A stretch of 64,000 nt of DNA from Verrucomicrobiota bacterium (GCA_047947115.1 CP170459.1:1072386-1136385), one strand, 5' to 3'; counted from the stretch's first letter, positions 29,955-39,719 are shown. Numbers and translations are program-made. The notes: generated by a model from the sequence alone, not told the origin.

Positions 29955-29976
29955 AAAGTTAGATAAATCTAACTTT
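29955..29976. promoter_or_regulatory. DtxR/MntR-family operator
   Basis: Perfect palindrome AAAGTTAGAT-AA-ATCTAACTTT with a TTAG...CTAA core, next to a minus-strand TTGATG...TAGTAT promoter and a plus-strand TTGACA-N17-TAATTT promoter. Confidence 0.75.
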
Positions 29977-30014
29977 GATTTGACACTCAATAATTATTTT
30001 TTTAATTTTTTTTG

Positions 30015-30221
30015 AGTCTTTTCGTGAACGTGCGTGTCAAAGGAAACTGAAGGCCAAATTCTGATCTATTTTAGTTCTCAATATGCTCAGTTCCCAGAAG
30101 GTCCTCTACCGTGTTGTGCGGCATGGTGGAGGGCCTTCATGTTTTCAGGGGCATATCTTATAAATAGTTCAGCCCAATCTGCTTATTAAAAAACGGCCAT
30201 GCCCCGGAGGCATGACCGTTT
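30015..30221 (+). ncRNA. Candidate small RNA divergent from the metal ABC operon
   Basis: Promoter TTGACA(29980)-N17-TAATTT; 17-bp hairpin 30097-30138 whose three G.U pairs form only on the + strand; no convincing ORF. Confidence 0.3.
30188..30221 (-). terminator. Intrinsic terminator of the FKBP gene
   Basis: Minus strand CGGTCATGCC-TCCGG-GGCATGGCCG-TTTTTT. Confidence 0.75.
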
Positions 30222-30248
30222 GAAAAAGGGACTGGGGTCTATCAGACC

Positions 30249-31088
30249 TTATTTCTTTTCGGCTGCTTTTTCTTTCTTCAGGTATTCGTCCACCTCATCC
30301 TGTTTGATGACTTCGATCTGAGCGCCTTTTTTGAGCTCTTCAGCGGATGGTACCTTGATAATGTCGCTGGTGATGGGAGCAGAAGCTTTCTTAGGCTTTG
30401 GAGGCTCTTCGATTCCAATCAGTTCCACTTCGAAAAGGAGAGTTGAATTGGGCGGGATATTTCGGTTCCCGTTTGGTCCATAGGCCAAATCTCCAGGGAT
30501 GAAGAGTTGCCACTTGGAGCCGACTTTCATCAACTGCAAGGCTTCCGTCCAACCACGAATCACGCCCGTGACACTGAATTTGGCAGGAGTGCCACGTGAA
30601 TAGGAGCTATCGAATTCCTTCCCATCGATGAATGTGCCACGGTAGTGCACGCTGACACGATCGGAGGCTGTGGGGATGGCCCCGGTGCCTTCGGTCAGGA
30701 CTTTGTATTGAAGACCGCTACCCAGAGTTTTGACACCCTCCTTGGTTTTATTCTCCTCGAGAAAGGCCTTTCCTATTTCCAGGTTCTCAGCAGCCTGTTT
30801 ATCGCGTTGAGCCTTTTGATTTTCACGCGCCAGATTGGTGACTTCCTGATAAACGGAGTTGATCTCACTATCATCCATCAAGCATTGGTCGTGGATGAAG
30901 TCCTTCATGCCATCCAGGAAGGTCTGCAGGTCCACATCAATGTTGTTCTGCTTCAGGATTCTTCCATAGTTGGCGCCGAGGCCGTAGCCGAGGCGTTTTT
31001 TCTGGTCTGCCAAGTCTTCCTTGGTCGCGGCTTGGGCAACCACCGTCGCAAGCCCCAAGATCATACATGCACGGATGATAAACTTCAT
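30249..31088 (-). CDS. fkpA: FKBP-type peptidyl-prolyl isomerase (FkpA/Mip)
   Basis: Signal peptide; FLEENKTKEGV...SGLQY, VHYRG, FDSS, VIRGWTEALQLM, LAYG. Confidence 0.93.
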   Translation of the reverse strand: MKFIIRACMILGLATVVAQAATKEDLADQKKRLGYGLGANYGRILKQNNIDVDLQTFLDGMKDFIHDQCLMDDSEINSVYQEVTNLARENQKAQRDKQAAENLEIGKAFLEENKTKEGVKTLGSGLQYKVLTEGTGAIPTASDRVSVHYRGTFIDGKEFDSSYSRGTPAKFSVTGVIRGWTEALQLMKVGSKWQLFIPGDLAYGPNGNRNIPPNSTLLFEVELIGIEEPPKPKKASAPITSDIIKVPSAEELKKGAQIEVIKQDEVDEYLKKEKAAEKK

Positions 31089-31306
31089 GGATATCACTTC
31101 TTATTGTTTAGGTTAATACACTCAATCAAAATTTTCTGAGCGGTCATCTGTAGCATTTCAATGCCGGTGCGTCTAGGGTTTTTGCTGGGTGTGAAGCGAT
31201 CGGTGCATGGCTTGGCCTGCCAATGGTGAGGCCTTTTGAATTCGAATGTCCAGAGGATACGCGTCGGGGATTCACGCTGTCGCGGGATTCTACCTTGGGG
31301 GTCGGG

Positions 31307-33535
31307 CTAATGCATATTGACCGGATCAATGTCCACGGCGGTCAATACTCCTTCGGGCAACCGTGTTTCGGCAATGAGTTGGGCAAGCTTGGCGCTCAGT
31401 CGGGACATGCGGGCACATTTCATCATGATTTGGTAGCGAAAGAAGGTTTCCGCTCTTTCAAGCGGTGCGGGTGAAGGTCCGGCAACCGTAAGATCGGGCA
31501 TGCTCTCTTTAAACTGCCCTATTAGCTGGGCAAGGTGCTGACCGCTTAGCTTAAGTTTTTCCTCGTTCTTGCCCCGCAGTGTGATCACCGCCAGTCGCAT
31601 GGCAGGTGGATACAATGTCTCTTTCCGAAACTCGATTTCCTGCTCGTAAAATCCGAGATAATCATGACGTCGCGCATATTGAATGGCCGCATGGAAAGGG
31701 GTAAAGGACTGAACATAAACATCCCCTTCCACATCCCCTCTCCCTGCCCTGCCCGCCACCTGTGTCAGGAGTTGGAAGGTGCGTTCGCCCGCCCGGAAAT
31801 CCGGCATGTGCAAACTTAGATCGGCATAGATGATCCCGACCAGGGTGACATTGGGGAAATGCAGCCCCTTGGCGATCATTTGTGTGCCGATGAGGATATC
31901 AACCTTGCCCAATCTGAAATCGGTGAGGATGCGTTTGTAATCTTCTTTTCGTTTGAGCGTATCCGAATCCATGCGCTCGATGCCTGCCTTGGGAAACAAC
32001 ACTTTCAACGTGTCTTCCACCTTCTCGGTGCCAATCCCGGCAAATCGAATCTCGTAACTTTTGCACGTATCGATCGGACAACAAACGGGAGCCTTTTCAT
32101 CATGACCACAAATGTGGCAGCGCAATTGTTGTTTTCGGCGGTGGTAAGTCAGGGAAATGCTGCAATTGGGGCACCCCGCCACAAAACCGCATTTGGGACA
32201 CTGCATGGAGGAGGCATAGCCACGGCGATTTAGAAACAGCATCGTCTGCTCACGGTTATCCAGTCGCTGTTGAATCGATTCCTTGAGTTGTTGAGAAAGG
32301 ATCGGAATGCCCTTGTTCTTTCTTCCTTCGCTTCTCATATCCACCACCCGCACCCAGGGCATGGTCTTGTTATCGGCGCGGGATGGCATTTCCAACAAAT
32401 GATATTTTCCCTTTTGCGTATTATAATAGGTCTCCAGAGAAGGGGTGGCCGAACCCAGAACCACCACTGCCTGTTCCCTCTGCGCGCGCACCACGGCCAC
32501 ATCGCGGGCATGATAACGCGGGGCTTCTTCCTGTTTGTAGGAGTGCTCGTGTTCTTCGTCGACAATGATCAATCCCAAGGGCTCTACCGGCGCAAAGACC
32601 GCGCTGCGGGCACCGATTACGATGCGCGCCCGGCCTTCACGGATCTTGTGCCATTCATCATGTCGTTCGCCATCGGACAAATGACTGTGCAACACAGCCA
32701 CCAGAGTTTTGTTTTTACCCGAAGAAAACCGGGCTTTGAATCGTTCAACCGTCTGAGGGGTCAGAGAGATTTCGGGAACGAGCACGATAGCTCCCTTCCC
32801 CTGGTCCATGGCATGATCAATGGCCTGGAGATAAACTTCGGTTTTGCCGCTTCCCGTTACACCATGCAGTAGAAAGACCGATGATGTCCTTTGATCCGGA
32901 TCCGCATCCAGGGCCTGCTCGATGGCGTCCAATGAACGGCGTTGTTCCTGATTCAATTCGAGGGATTCAGTAGGTACGATGTGCTCGTCCGCGTAGGGAT
33001 CGCGTTCAATCACTTCGTGCGTTATTCTGGCCACGCCGGCGTCTTCCAGTTTCTTGACGGTTGCCTTGGTCGACTGCGTCATTTTCAAGAACTCTTGAAG
33101 GGGCATTTCCTTCCACTCCTGAAGAATGGCTCGCAGTTCCTGCTGGCGCTTGGTCAACTTGATCTCGGAACCCACCGGTTCCATGGAACGGATGTGCAGC
33201 TGCTTTTTCCATCCCTCTTTCTCTTTGCGCACTGCCACTGGAAGGACGCTCTTCAACGCGGTCTCAATTGGACAGCAATAGTAAGCTGCCATCCAACGCG
33301 CCAGAGCCAGCACTTTGGGGGTCACCAGACTTCCTTTGCCGATGACATTCAGGATGGGTTTGAGTTTGTGGTGATCGGATTGATCGGGGAGTCCGGTGAC
33401 CACGCCCATCAGTTTGCGTCCACCAAAAGGAACTTTCACCCGCGCACCAATGTCCACCCGATCTTGAAACTCGGGAGGAACCAGGTAATCGAACTCCTTG
33501 CGGAGCGCGATTTCCAATGTGACGCGTGCGATCAT
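31307..33535 (-). CDS. priA: Primosomal protein N'
   Basis: GVTGSGKTEVY, DEEH, SATPS, Zn-finger Cys clusters, GTQMIAKG, QVAGRAGR. Confidence 0.97.
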   Translation of the reverse strand: MIARVTLEIALRKEFDYLVPPEFQDRVDIGARVKVPFGGRKLMGVVTGLPDQSDHHKLKPILNVIGKGSLVTPKVLALARWMAAYYCCPIETALKSVLPVAVRKEKEGWKKQLHIRSMEPVGSEIKLTKRQQELRAILQEWKEMPLQEFLKMTQSTKATVKKLEDAGVARITHEVIERDPYADEHIVPTESLELNQEQRRSLDAIEQALDADPDQRTSSVFLLHGVTGSGKTEVYLQAIDHAMDQGKGAIVLVPEISLTPQTVERFKARFSSGKNKTLVAVLHSHLSDGERHDEWHKIREGRARIVIGARSAVFAPVEPLGLIIVDEEHEHSYKQEEAPRYHARDVAVVRAQREQAVVVLGSATPSLETYYNTQKGKYHLLEMPSRADNKTMPWVRVVDMRSEGRKNKGIPILSQQLKESIQQRLDNREQTMLFLNRRGYASSMQCPKCGFVAGCPNCSISLTYHRRKQQLRCHICGHDEKAPVCCPIDTCKSYEIRFAGIGTEKVEDTLKVLFPKAGIERMDSDTLKRKEDYKRILTDFRLGKVDILIGTQMIAKGLHFPNVTLVGIIYADLSLHMPDFRAGERTFQLLTQVAGRAGRGDVEGDVYVQSFTPFHAAIQYARRHDYLGFYEQEIEFRKETLYPPAMRLAVITLRGKNEEKLKLSGQHLAQLIGQFKESMPDLTVAGPSPAPLERAETFFRYQIMMKCARMSRLSAKLAQLIAETRLPEGVLTAVDIDPVNMH

Positions 33536-33610
33536 GGGCCTATTACTCACGGAGAGGCACAGAGACGCAAAGGAAAAAGTGTTTGAGATATTTGCATTTT
33601 TACAGTCCTC

Positions 33611-33636
33611 GGAGGGTCGAGTTCCACCTCGATCCC
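33611..33636 (+). repeat. GGAG-type REP-like hairpin
   Basis: GGA-GGGTCGAG-TTCCAC-CTCGATCC-C. Confidence 0.4.
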
Positions 33637-33874
33637 ATACTTCCTCCTTATCAATCTACATGACCAAATGACGTGGAATGTGGGTAGCCATCGGTTCGCG
33701 TGCGACCACAGCCTTTCCATTGCAACTTGATGGCAGTTCAATCAACTCAAGGTTTGAAGTGGGTTTCCCGATAAAATCGGGAGAGCTTGACCCTCCGGAT
33801 CTACCAACACGGGCATTTCAGGAATGAGCGTTGCTTTTTGGTGATGATCTGGAATATTTAGCCCATCCAAGATC

Positions 33875-34948
33875 ATGAAAAGTTTGAAAGTATTATCTCG
33901 CATATCGGCGCTTGTCGCATTGTGCACTCTACAAATGAACGTGTGGGGTCAGAACAATCCCTGGCTGCACTTCGAAGGACAGGGTGGTCCGGGCAAGGGA
34001 AAACACATCGTTTTGATATCCGGAGACGAAGAATATCGCTCCGAAGAAACAAACCCCATGCTCGCGAAAATACTGAGCCAGCGCCACGGTTTCGACTGCA
34101 CCGTTCTTTTCTCACAGGATCCTGAAAACAATTACATCGATCCGAACAACCAACAAAGCATGCCCGGCCTGGAAGCCTTGAAGGAAGCGGACCTGGTGAT
34201 CATCGGGACGCGCTTCCGCCGATTAAACGATGAGCAATATCAGATCATCGCCGACTACCTCAACTCCGGCAAACCTATCATGGGATTTCGCACGGCCACC
34301 CATGCTTTTACCGGTCCGGGACAAACAGGCGATTTCCGTTGGGGACAATTCGGGCTCAAGATACTGGGCGAAACATGGATCAGCCATCACGGTCATCACA
34401 AAGGACAGGGAACCCTTGCCATCGTCGAAGAGAAAAATGCCAAACACCCCGTGCTGAAAGGCGTTGGCAAAATCTTCGGACCCACGGACGTTTATGGCAT
34501 TCGAAACCTGGATCCCGCGCAGTCTACTATTCTTCTCCGCGGCGCGGTCACGGCCTCCTTGGATGAGGATTCAGCTCCGATTGATGGTGAAAAAAATGAT
34601 CCCATGATGCCCCTGGCATGGCTGCGCACCTACACCGCCCCGAATGGGACCAGTCAGGGCCATGCTTTCTGCACCACCCTGGGCGCTTCGGTGGATATGC
34701 TGGATAAAGATCTGCGACGCTTGTTCGTAAACGTCGCGTATCACCTCACAGGATTGAAAGTACGCAAAGCGGCGGATGTCACCTTTGTGGACGATTTCGC
34801 TCCGACCTTCTACGGATTTAACAACGAAGAAGGCTATTATAAAAAGCGCAACCTGAAGATCAGCGATTTCGAACTGGGCAGCAACGCCTCCACCGGGCTG
34901 GCCAATCCAAAATCAGCTCCCGCATGGCGCCCCGTGCTGCCCTATTGA
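33875..34948 (+). CDS. Secreted ThuA-like (class I glutamine amidotransferase fold) protein
   Basis: HIVLISGDEEYRSEE, GFRTATHAF, GETWISHHG, PLAW, TTLG. Confidence 0.85.
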   Translation: MKSLKVLSRISALVALCTLQMNVWGQNNPWLHFEGQGGPGKGKHIVLISGDEEYRSEETNPMLAKILSQRHGFDCTVLFSQDPENNYIDPNNQQSMPGLEALKEADLVIIGTRFRRLNDEQYQIIADYLNSGKPIMGFRTATHAFTGPGQTGDFRWGQFGLKILGETWISHHGHHKGQGTLAIVEEKNAKHPVLKGVGKIFGPTDVYGIRNLDPAQSTILLRGAVTASLDEDSAPIDGEKNDPMMPLAWLRTYTAPNGTSQGHAFCTTLGASVDMLDKDLRRLFVNVAYHLTGLKVRKAADVTFVDDFAPTFYGFNNEEGYYKKRNLKISDFELGSNASTGLANPKSAPAWRPVLPY

Positions 34949-34975
34949 AAATTTCGATCACCCACTCTTCCAGCT

Positions 34976-35029
34976 CGGGAGAATCTTTGGCTGTCAATCG
35001 ATGCCATAAGATTCTCCCGCTTGTTTTTT
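34976..35029 (+). terminator. Intrinsic terminator
   Basis: CGGGAGAATCTTTGGC...GCCATAAGATTCTCCCG followed by CTTGTTTTTT. Confidence 0.65.
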
Positions 35030-35038
35030 CCGAGCCCT

Positions 35039-35102
35039 ATTGAGACCGAATCTCAAAAAAGAATTGACGTTGTCTGTGTTTTGATTGAGACTCAGTCTCA
35101 TT
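35039..35102 (+). promoter_or_regulatory. Sigma70 promoter flanked by two Fur-like boxes
   Basis: ATTGAGACCGAATCTCAAA (35039) and ATTGAGACTCAGTCTCATT (35084) on either side of the -35 TTGACG (35064). Confidence 0.7.
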
Positions 35103-35161
35103 AGCGGGAAGGTTGACAGAATCTCCTTTCAAAAAGAATCATCAAAAACAGCTGAAAATTC

Positions 35162-36613
35162 ATGTCGTATCATCGTATCGTATCGATTCGTCTTGTTGCC
35201 GTGCTGCTTGCTATCGGCTCATTAACTCAACTAGCGATCGCTCAGGATTCCGCCAAAAAAAGTTCGGTGGATGACCGGATTGAAAAACTGGAGCAGACCT
35301 TGGAAGCTGTCCTGACCGAACTTCAGGAGCTGAAATCAGAGCGAAACAAACTGGCTGAAGAAGCAAAGCAACAACGAGAACAGACCGAGGCGCTGGAAGA
35401 ACAACAACAAGCCATGCTGGAAGAAATGGCCGCCCAGGAAGAAGCCCTCGCATCGGCTCCGTCTTCAGGACCGGCCATCACCTTGACGGGAAACAACATT
35501 GCCAATCCCATCGCCCCACCCCAACGTCCCGGCCTCACTCGAAACACTTTACCAGCCGGATTGATGCTGGGCGCATATGGGGAACATCATTTCAATTTCA
35601 CCGAAGGAGCGGGAGGGGATCAATCCGATATTCACCGGTTCGTGGGTTTCATGGGGTATCAGTTTGCCGACTGGGTTTTCCTGAACACGGAAACGGAAAT
35701 TGAACACGCCTTTGTCAATGATGGTGACGGTGAGATTTCGCTGGAACAATTCTTCTTTGATTTCAGCATTGCCAATCCTGTCAATATCCGTGTCGGACGC
35801 ACCTTGCATCCAGCTGGCATCGTCAACCGCTATCATGAACCCACCACCTTCAACGGGACCGAACGCCCAACCTATTCGCAGCGTATCTTGCCTAGCACCT
35901 GGTCCATTGACGGTATCGGTGTATGGGGACGTGTCACCGACTGGTTGAGCTACGAAAGTTATGTGCATGCGGGACTGGATGGATCAGGGTTCAGTGGTGC
36001 TTCCGGTCTTCGTGGCGGTCGCATGAAAGAACGTCCCAGTTTGAATGACGTCGGCATCAGTTCTCGTATTGATTTTTATCCGCTCATCGCGGCGGAGTCG
36101 GATACGGAATGGAAATGGCGCAGTGGTTTTTCCTATTCCAACATCGGTGTTGAAAACGGCGATCAGGGTCGAAACGCAGGACGTCCCACTGAAAACGTTG
36201 GAATTTGGGCCGCCGATACTCAGTTTAGCTGGCGTAAATGGGATTTCAGGACAGAAGCAGCTTATGTGGATAATCCGGCTGCAATGAATCCTATGGTGGG
36301 TGCTGGCACTTCGGATGAGTTATTCGGTGCTTATGTGGAATTGGGTTACCACTTCTGGCCGGATTCCTGGAAAACCGGCAAACTTGAGAACTCCGATGCC
36401 GTGGCGTTTGTTCGCTATGAATACATCGATCCACAGTCCGGGAAAACATTGGCGGGTCCCGCCAACCGCAATCTGTCCCTGCGTGAAACGACTTTGGGTA
36501 TCGGATTCTACCCCATGCCGCGCGTGGTCCTAAAAGCAGATTATACCTTTGTGGAATCACTGGCGGCCGACCTCGCGGACCGTGTTGCTTTGGGGGTTGG
36601 TTACGCCTTTTAG
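35162..36613 (+). CDS. Outer-membrane porin (OprO/P-like) with N-terminal coiled coil
   Basis: Signal peptide, coiled coil, AYGEHHFN...HRFV...EIEH...HEPTTF...ERP...PSTW, terminal GVGYAF. Confidence 0.8.
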   Translation: MSYHRIVSIRLVAVLLAIGSLTQLAIAQDSAKKSSVDDRIEKLEQTLEAVLTELQELKSERNKLAEEAKQQREQTEALEEQQQAMLEEMAAQEEALASAPSSGPAITLTGNNIANPIAPPQRPGLTRNTLPAGLMLGAYGEHHFNFTEGAGGDQSDIHRFVGFMGYQFADWVFLNTETEIEHAFVNDGDGEISLEQFFFDFSIANPVNIRVGRTLHPAGIVNRYHEPTTFNGTERPTYSQRILPSTWSIDGIGVWGRVTDWLSYESYVHAGLDGSGFSGASGLRGGRMKERPSLNDVGISSRIDFYPLIAAESDTEWKWRSGFSYSNIGVENGDQGRNAGRPTENVGIWAADTQFSWRKWDFRTEAAYVDNPAAMNPMVGAGTSDELFGAYVELGYHFWPDSWKTGKLENSDAVAFVRYEYIDPQSGKTLAGPANRNLSLRETTLGIGFYPMPRVVLKADYTFVESLAADLADRVALGVGYAF

Positions 36614-36639
36614 AAGATCAAGAAACCGCTGGCCAAAGG

Positions 36640-38196
36640 ATGGCTCCTCAACATATCACAACCCATCACGCTATGAATCTCGTCCGTATCATTTCAAAGT
36701 CCATCTGGGCACTTGCGATAGGCAGTCTGTGGCTGAGTCCTCTGGTTGCCGAGGAATACATGACGGAGAATCAGGCGCTGAAACTGGCGTTCCCGAAAGC
36801 CGATGAGTTTGATCTTCACCGCATGATAGCCACCAAGACGCAGCGCGACGATCTCGCGGAGCGTCTTGGAGTTCGTTTACCCAGTCGTTTCTTCAAATAC
36901 TACCGATGCAAGCAGGGTGGCAAACTCATCGGACGAGCTATCGTCGATGAAGCCCCCGGCAAATACCATCCCTTCGGATATCTCCTCGCAGTCGATCCCG
37001 CCCACAAGGTGCGCTCCGTGGAAATATTGAACTACCACGAAAAATACGGGTTCGAAGTCAAACAAGATTCCTTCAAGGATCAATTCAAAGGGCACTCCCC
37101 CACAGACAGCAAACACCTGGAGCGCGACATTCGGATCATCGCCGGCGCAACAATCTCCTGCCAATCATTGATTGAATCCATCAAGCGTCAGTTGATTTAT
37201 CTCGAAGTCATGACCGAAGCGAAGGATACAAAGCAATCCGGTTTGATGCCTACACCTTCCGGCAATCTTCCTGGACCAATTCGCGAGACAACATCCGAGG
37301 AAAAGATGGTCCACCGCAACCGGGGCCGTTTGCTGATGGGAACGTTTCTCGAAATCCAAGCCTTTGGTCCATCCGAAGCCAGCATGGACCATGCGATGAA
37401 CCTGGCGTTCGAGGAAGTGGCCCGGATCGAACAACTACTCAGCACCTACAGGCCCGACTCGATCATTTCAAAACTCAACCAGCATGGGGCCGAAAAACCG
37501 GTTTCATTGAATCGAGAAGTATTCGACCTTCTGGAACGCAGCAAAGAAATCACATCCCAAACCAAAGGAGCTTTCGATATCACCGTCGGCCCCATTGTCC
37601 AATTGTGGCGCCATGCCAAGGAAGGTATCCCGGATGTAACTGCCATTGAACAATCCACCAAGAATGTCGGCATGCATCACGTACAACTGGACGAGAAAAG
37701 CCTGACAGCCTGGTTCGACACAAAAGGTGTCCAAGTGGATCTGGGTGGCATTGGAAAAGGCTACGCCATGGACCGTGCGGCTGAAATTCTGAAACAGCAA
37801 GGCATCCAACGTGCCATGCTTTCATTTGGCGGGCACATTCTGGCACTCGATCCACCACCTGGAAAAAGCGGGTGGAACATTTGGATCCGTGACCCGGACC
37901 AGGAAGACGCATTCATCCATGAAATGGATATCCAGAATGCTTCCGTGGCCACCACGGCAAACGACCAGCGGGGATATTGGATCAACGGCAAACGCTATTC
38001 ACACATCATCCACCCCGCTACAGGACTCCCGGTTGAAGGCAAAGCTTCTGTCACCGTCATCACGAAAAAAGCGGAAGAAGGCGACGCCCTATCAACGGCC
38101 TTGTTTGCATCGAAAGAAGGGCACATGGAAAACTTGCATTTCCCAACAGCGCTCTCACTGGGGTCAGGGAGCATCCTCTACAGTCAATTCCATTGA
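36640..38196 (+). CDS. Fusion of an FMN-binding domain and an ApbE FAD:protein FMN transferase
   Basis: N-terminal: EILNYHEKYG.EV...QFKG...IAGATIS. C-terminal: MGT, S.Y..DS.IS.LN, GAFDITVGP, DLGGIGKGY, SHII.P.TG, DALSTALF. Start 36640 or 36673. Confidence 0.88.
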   Translation: MAPQHITTHHAMNLVRIISKSIWALAIGSLWLSPLVAEEYMTENQALKLAFPKADEFDLHRMIATKTQRDDLAERLGVRLPSRFFKYYRCKQGGKLIGRAIVDEAPGKYHPFGYLLAVDPAHKVRSVEILNYHEKYGFEVKQDSFKDQFKGHSPTDSKHLERDIRIIAGATISCQSLIESIKRQLIYLEVMTEAKDTKQSGLMPTPSGNLPGPIRETTSEEKMVHRNRGRLLMGTFLEIQAFGPSEASMDHAMNLAFEEVARIEQLLSTYRPDSIISKLNQHGAEKPVSLNREVFDLLERSKEITSQTKGAFDITVGPIVQLWRHAKEGIPDVTAIEQSTKNVGMHHVQLDEKSLTAWFDTKGVQVDLGGIGKGYAMDRAAEILKQQGIQRAMLSFGGHILALDPPPGKSGWNIWIRDPDQEDAFIHEMDIQNASVATTANDQRGYWINGKRYSHIIHPATGLPVEGKASVTVITKKAEEGDALSTALFASKEGHMENLHFPTALSLGSGSILYSQFH

Positions 38197-38362
38197 TCAC
38201 ATCCGATCGTAACAACCGCCCTCTGGAGTACTCCAGGTATCAAGCGTTGATTGGATCGTTTCTTTGGGATGTTCCCTTGCGTCGTGAGCAGCAGAGGATG
38301 AATGCATCAAGGATCCGCATCGAGATCCACGCAGTTGCGGGACAAGCTGACACATTTTAACT

Positions 38363-38794
38363 CTACTCGGGGCGTACTTCGTCTTCAACGAGAGCTTCGC
38401 CGGCGACAATATCTGCCGCGATGGTCCTTCCGTGGGCGGGACCGGTGACTTTGACTTCTCCGACTTTCTGGTTTTTACGGTAGATGAAGAGTCGCTGGTC
38501 AACCTGAGGCATGGGGTGCAGGGGAAAATCGAGGATGACAAATCGCAACGCCGTGTGAACCGATGCCACCTGGCCGATAGGGGCGTTGACCACCGGGATG
38601 ATGGTGGTTTTGGATTGGTAGGTTTTTCCGGATGCGGATTTGGTGTTGCCCAATGCGCCGTCGTTGCCTGTCCAAACCGGGTCATGTTCCATTCCGGGAG
38701 GAGTGGACAAAGCCTGTTTCTTACAAGCACTCAAACCCATGATGAGTAGGGTAAAAAGGACGAAATAACGCATGGGAGCAATAAACGCGCGCAA
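38363..38794 (-). CDS. Hypothetical lipoprotein
   Basis: Lipobox LSAC; RFVILDF...YRKNQKVGEVKVTGP...ADIVAGE. Confidence 0.7.
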   Translation of the reverse strand: MRAFIAPMRYFVLFTLLIMGLSACKKQALSTPPGMEHDPVWTGNDGALGNTKSASGKTYQSKTTIIPVVNAPIGQVASVHTALRFVILDFPLHPMPQVDQRLFIYRKNQKVGEVKVTGPAHGRTIAADIVAGEALVEDEVRPE

Positions 38795-38903
38795 CCATCA
38801 AAAGTCAAGTCGTGGTCGAGGTCGTTCATTGCATCGTGCTGGTGTTGTGGTTTAGGATCCCGATGGTTCGTCGGCAGTTGCCATTCGAACTTTCTGATAG
38901 AAT

Positions 38904-39719
38904 ATGAAACAAGCCATTCCATCCAGAACCATCCCCTGCGCCTTGACCGTGGCAGGTTCCGACAGTGGCGGGGGAGCAGGGATTCAAACGGATCTCAAGA
39001 CCTTTGCCGTTTTGAAGGTTCATGGCACGAGTGTGCTGACATGTATTACAGCACAAAACCCGAAGGAGGTGAAAGCGATTCAACCTGTCTCATCCCGTGT
39101 GGTTTTTTCGCAGTTTCAGGCTTTGAACAATGGATTAAAGCCAGTAGCGGTGAAATCGGGCATGTTGTTCTCAAAATCCATCGTGCAATCCGTCCTTCGT
39201 GGCCTTGAGCTGTTGAAGCCACGTTGGTATGTCTTGGATCCGGTGATGATTGCCACCAGTGGTGCTCAGTTGCTCCAGGGCAGCTGCATTGAGGTCATCC
39301 AAAATCGATTGATCCCCATGGCAAGTCTTGTCACGCCCAATATCGCGGAAGCAGAGGTGTTACTGGGACGGACCATTCGGGGTTCCGCTCAAGCTAAAGC
39401 ATCCGTTCGCCAACTGGTGGATCGATATGAAGTCCCATTTTTGCTCAAGGGCGGTCATCTCCCCTCGCGCGGGAAGGTGATCGACTATTTTTGTGATGGT
39501 CATACATTAAATGCCATGGAATCGGCCTACATCAAGGGCAAAGACACGCACGGCACCGGATGCACCTATTCGGCGGCCATCACTGCTCATCTTGCAATGG
39601 GTGCTTCACTGGAGTCGGCGGTTGTTAAAGGAAAGTCCTTCATTGCCGAAGCCATTGAACAATCCTACCGAACTGGTGCTCATCAAGCTCTGAATGTTTG
39701 GAAAGGAGCAACTACATGA
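38904..39719 (+). CDS. thiD: Hydroxymethylpyrimidine/phosphomethylpyrimidine kinase
   Basis: AGSDSGGGAGIQTD, TAQN, DPVM, TPN..E, LKGGH, HGTGCT. Confidence 0.95.
   Translation: MKQAIPSRTIPCALTVAGSDSGGGAGIQTDLKTFAVLKVHGTSVLTCITAQNPKEVKAIQPVSSRVVFSQFQALNNGLKPVAVKSGMLFSKSIVQSVLRGLELLKPRWYVLDPVMIATSGAQLLQGSCIEVIQNRLIPMASLVTPNIAEAEVLLGRTIRGSAQAKASVRQLVDRYEVPFLLKGGHLPSRGKVIDYFCDGHTLNAMESAYIKGKDTHGTGCTYSAAITAHLAMGASLESAVVKGKSFIAEAIEQSYRTGAHQALNVWKGATT

Noticed and set aside
38795-38903. TPP riboswitch upstream of thiD
   Set aside because: Short divergent gap lacking the CTGAGA/ACCTG core.
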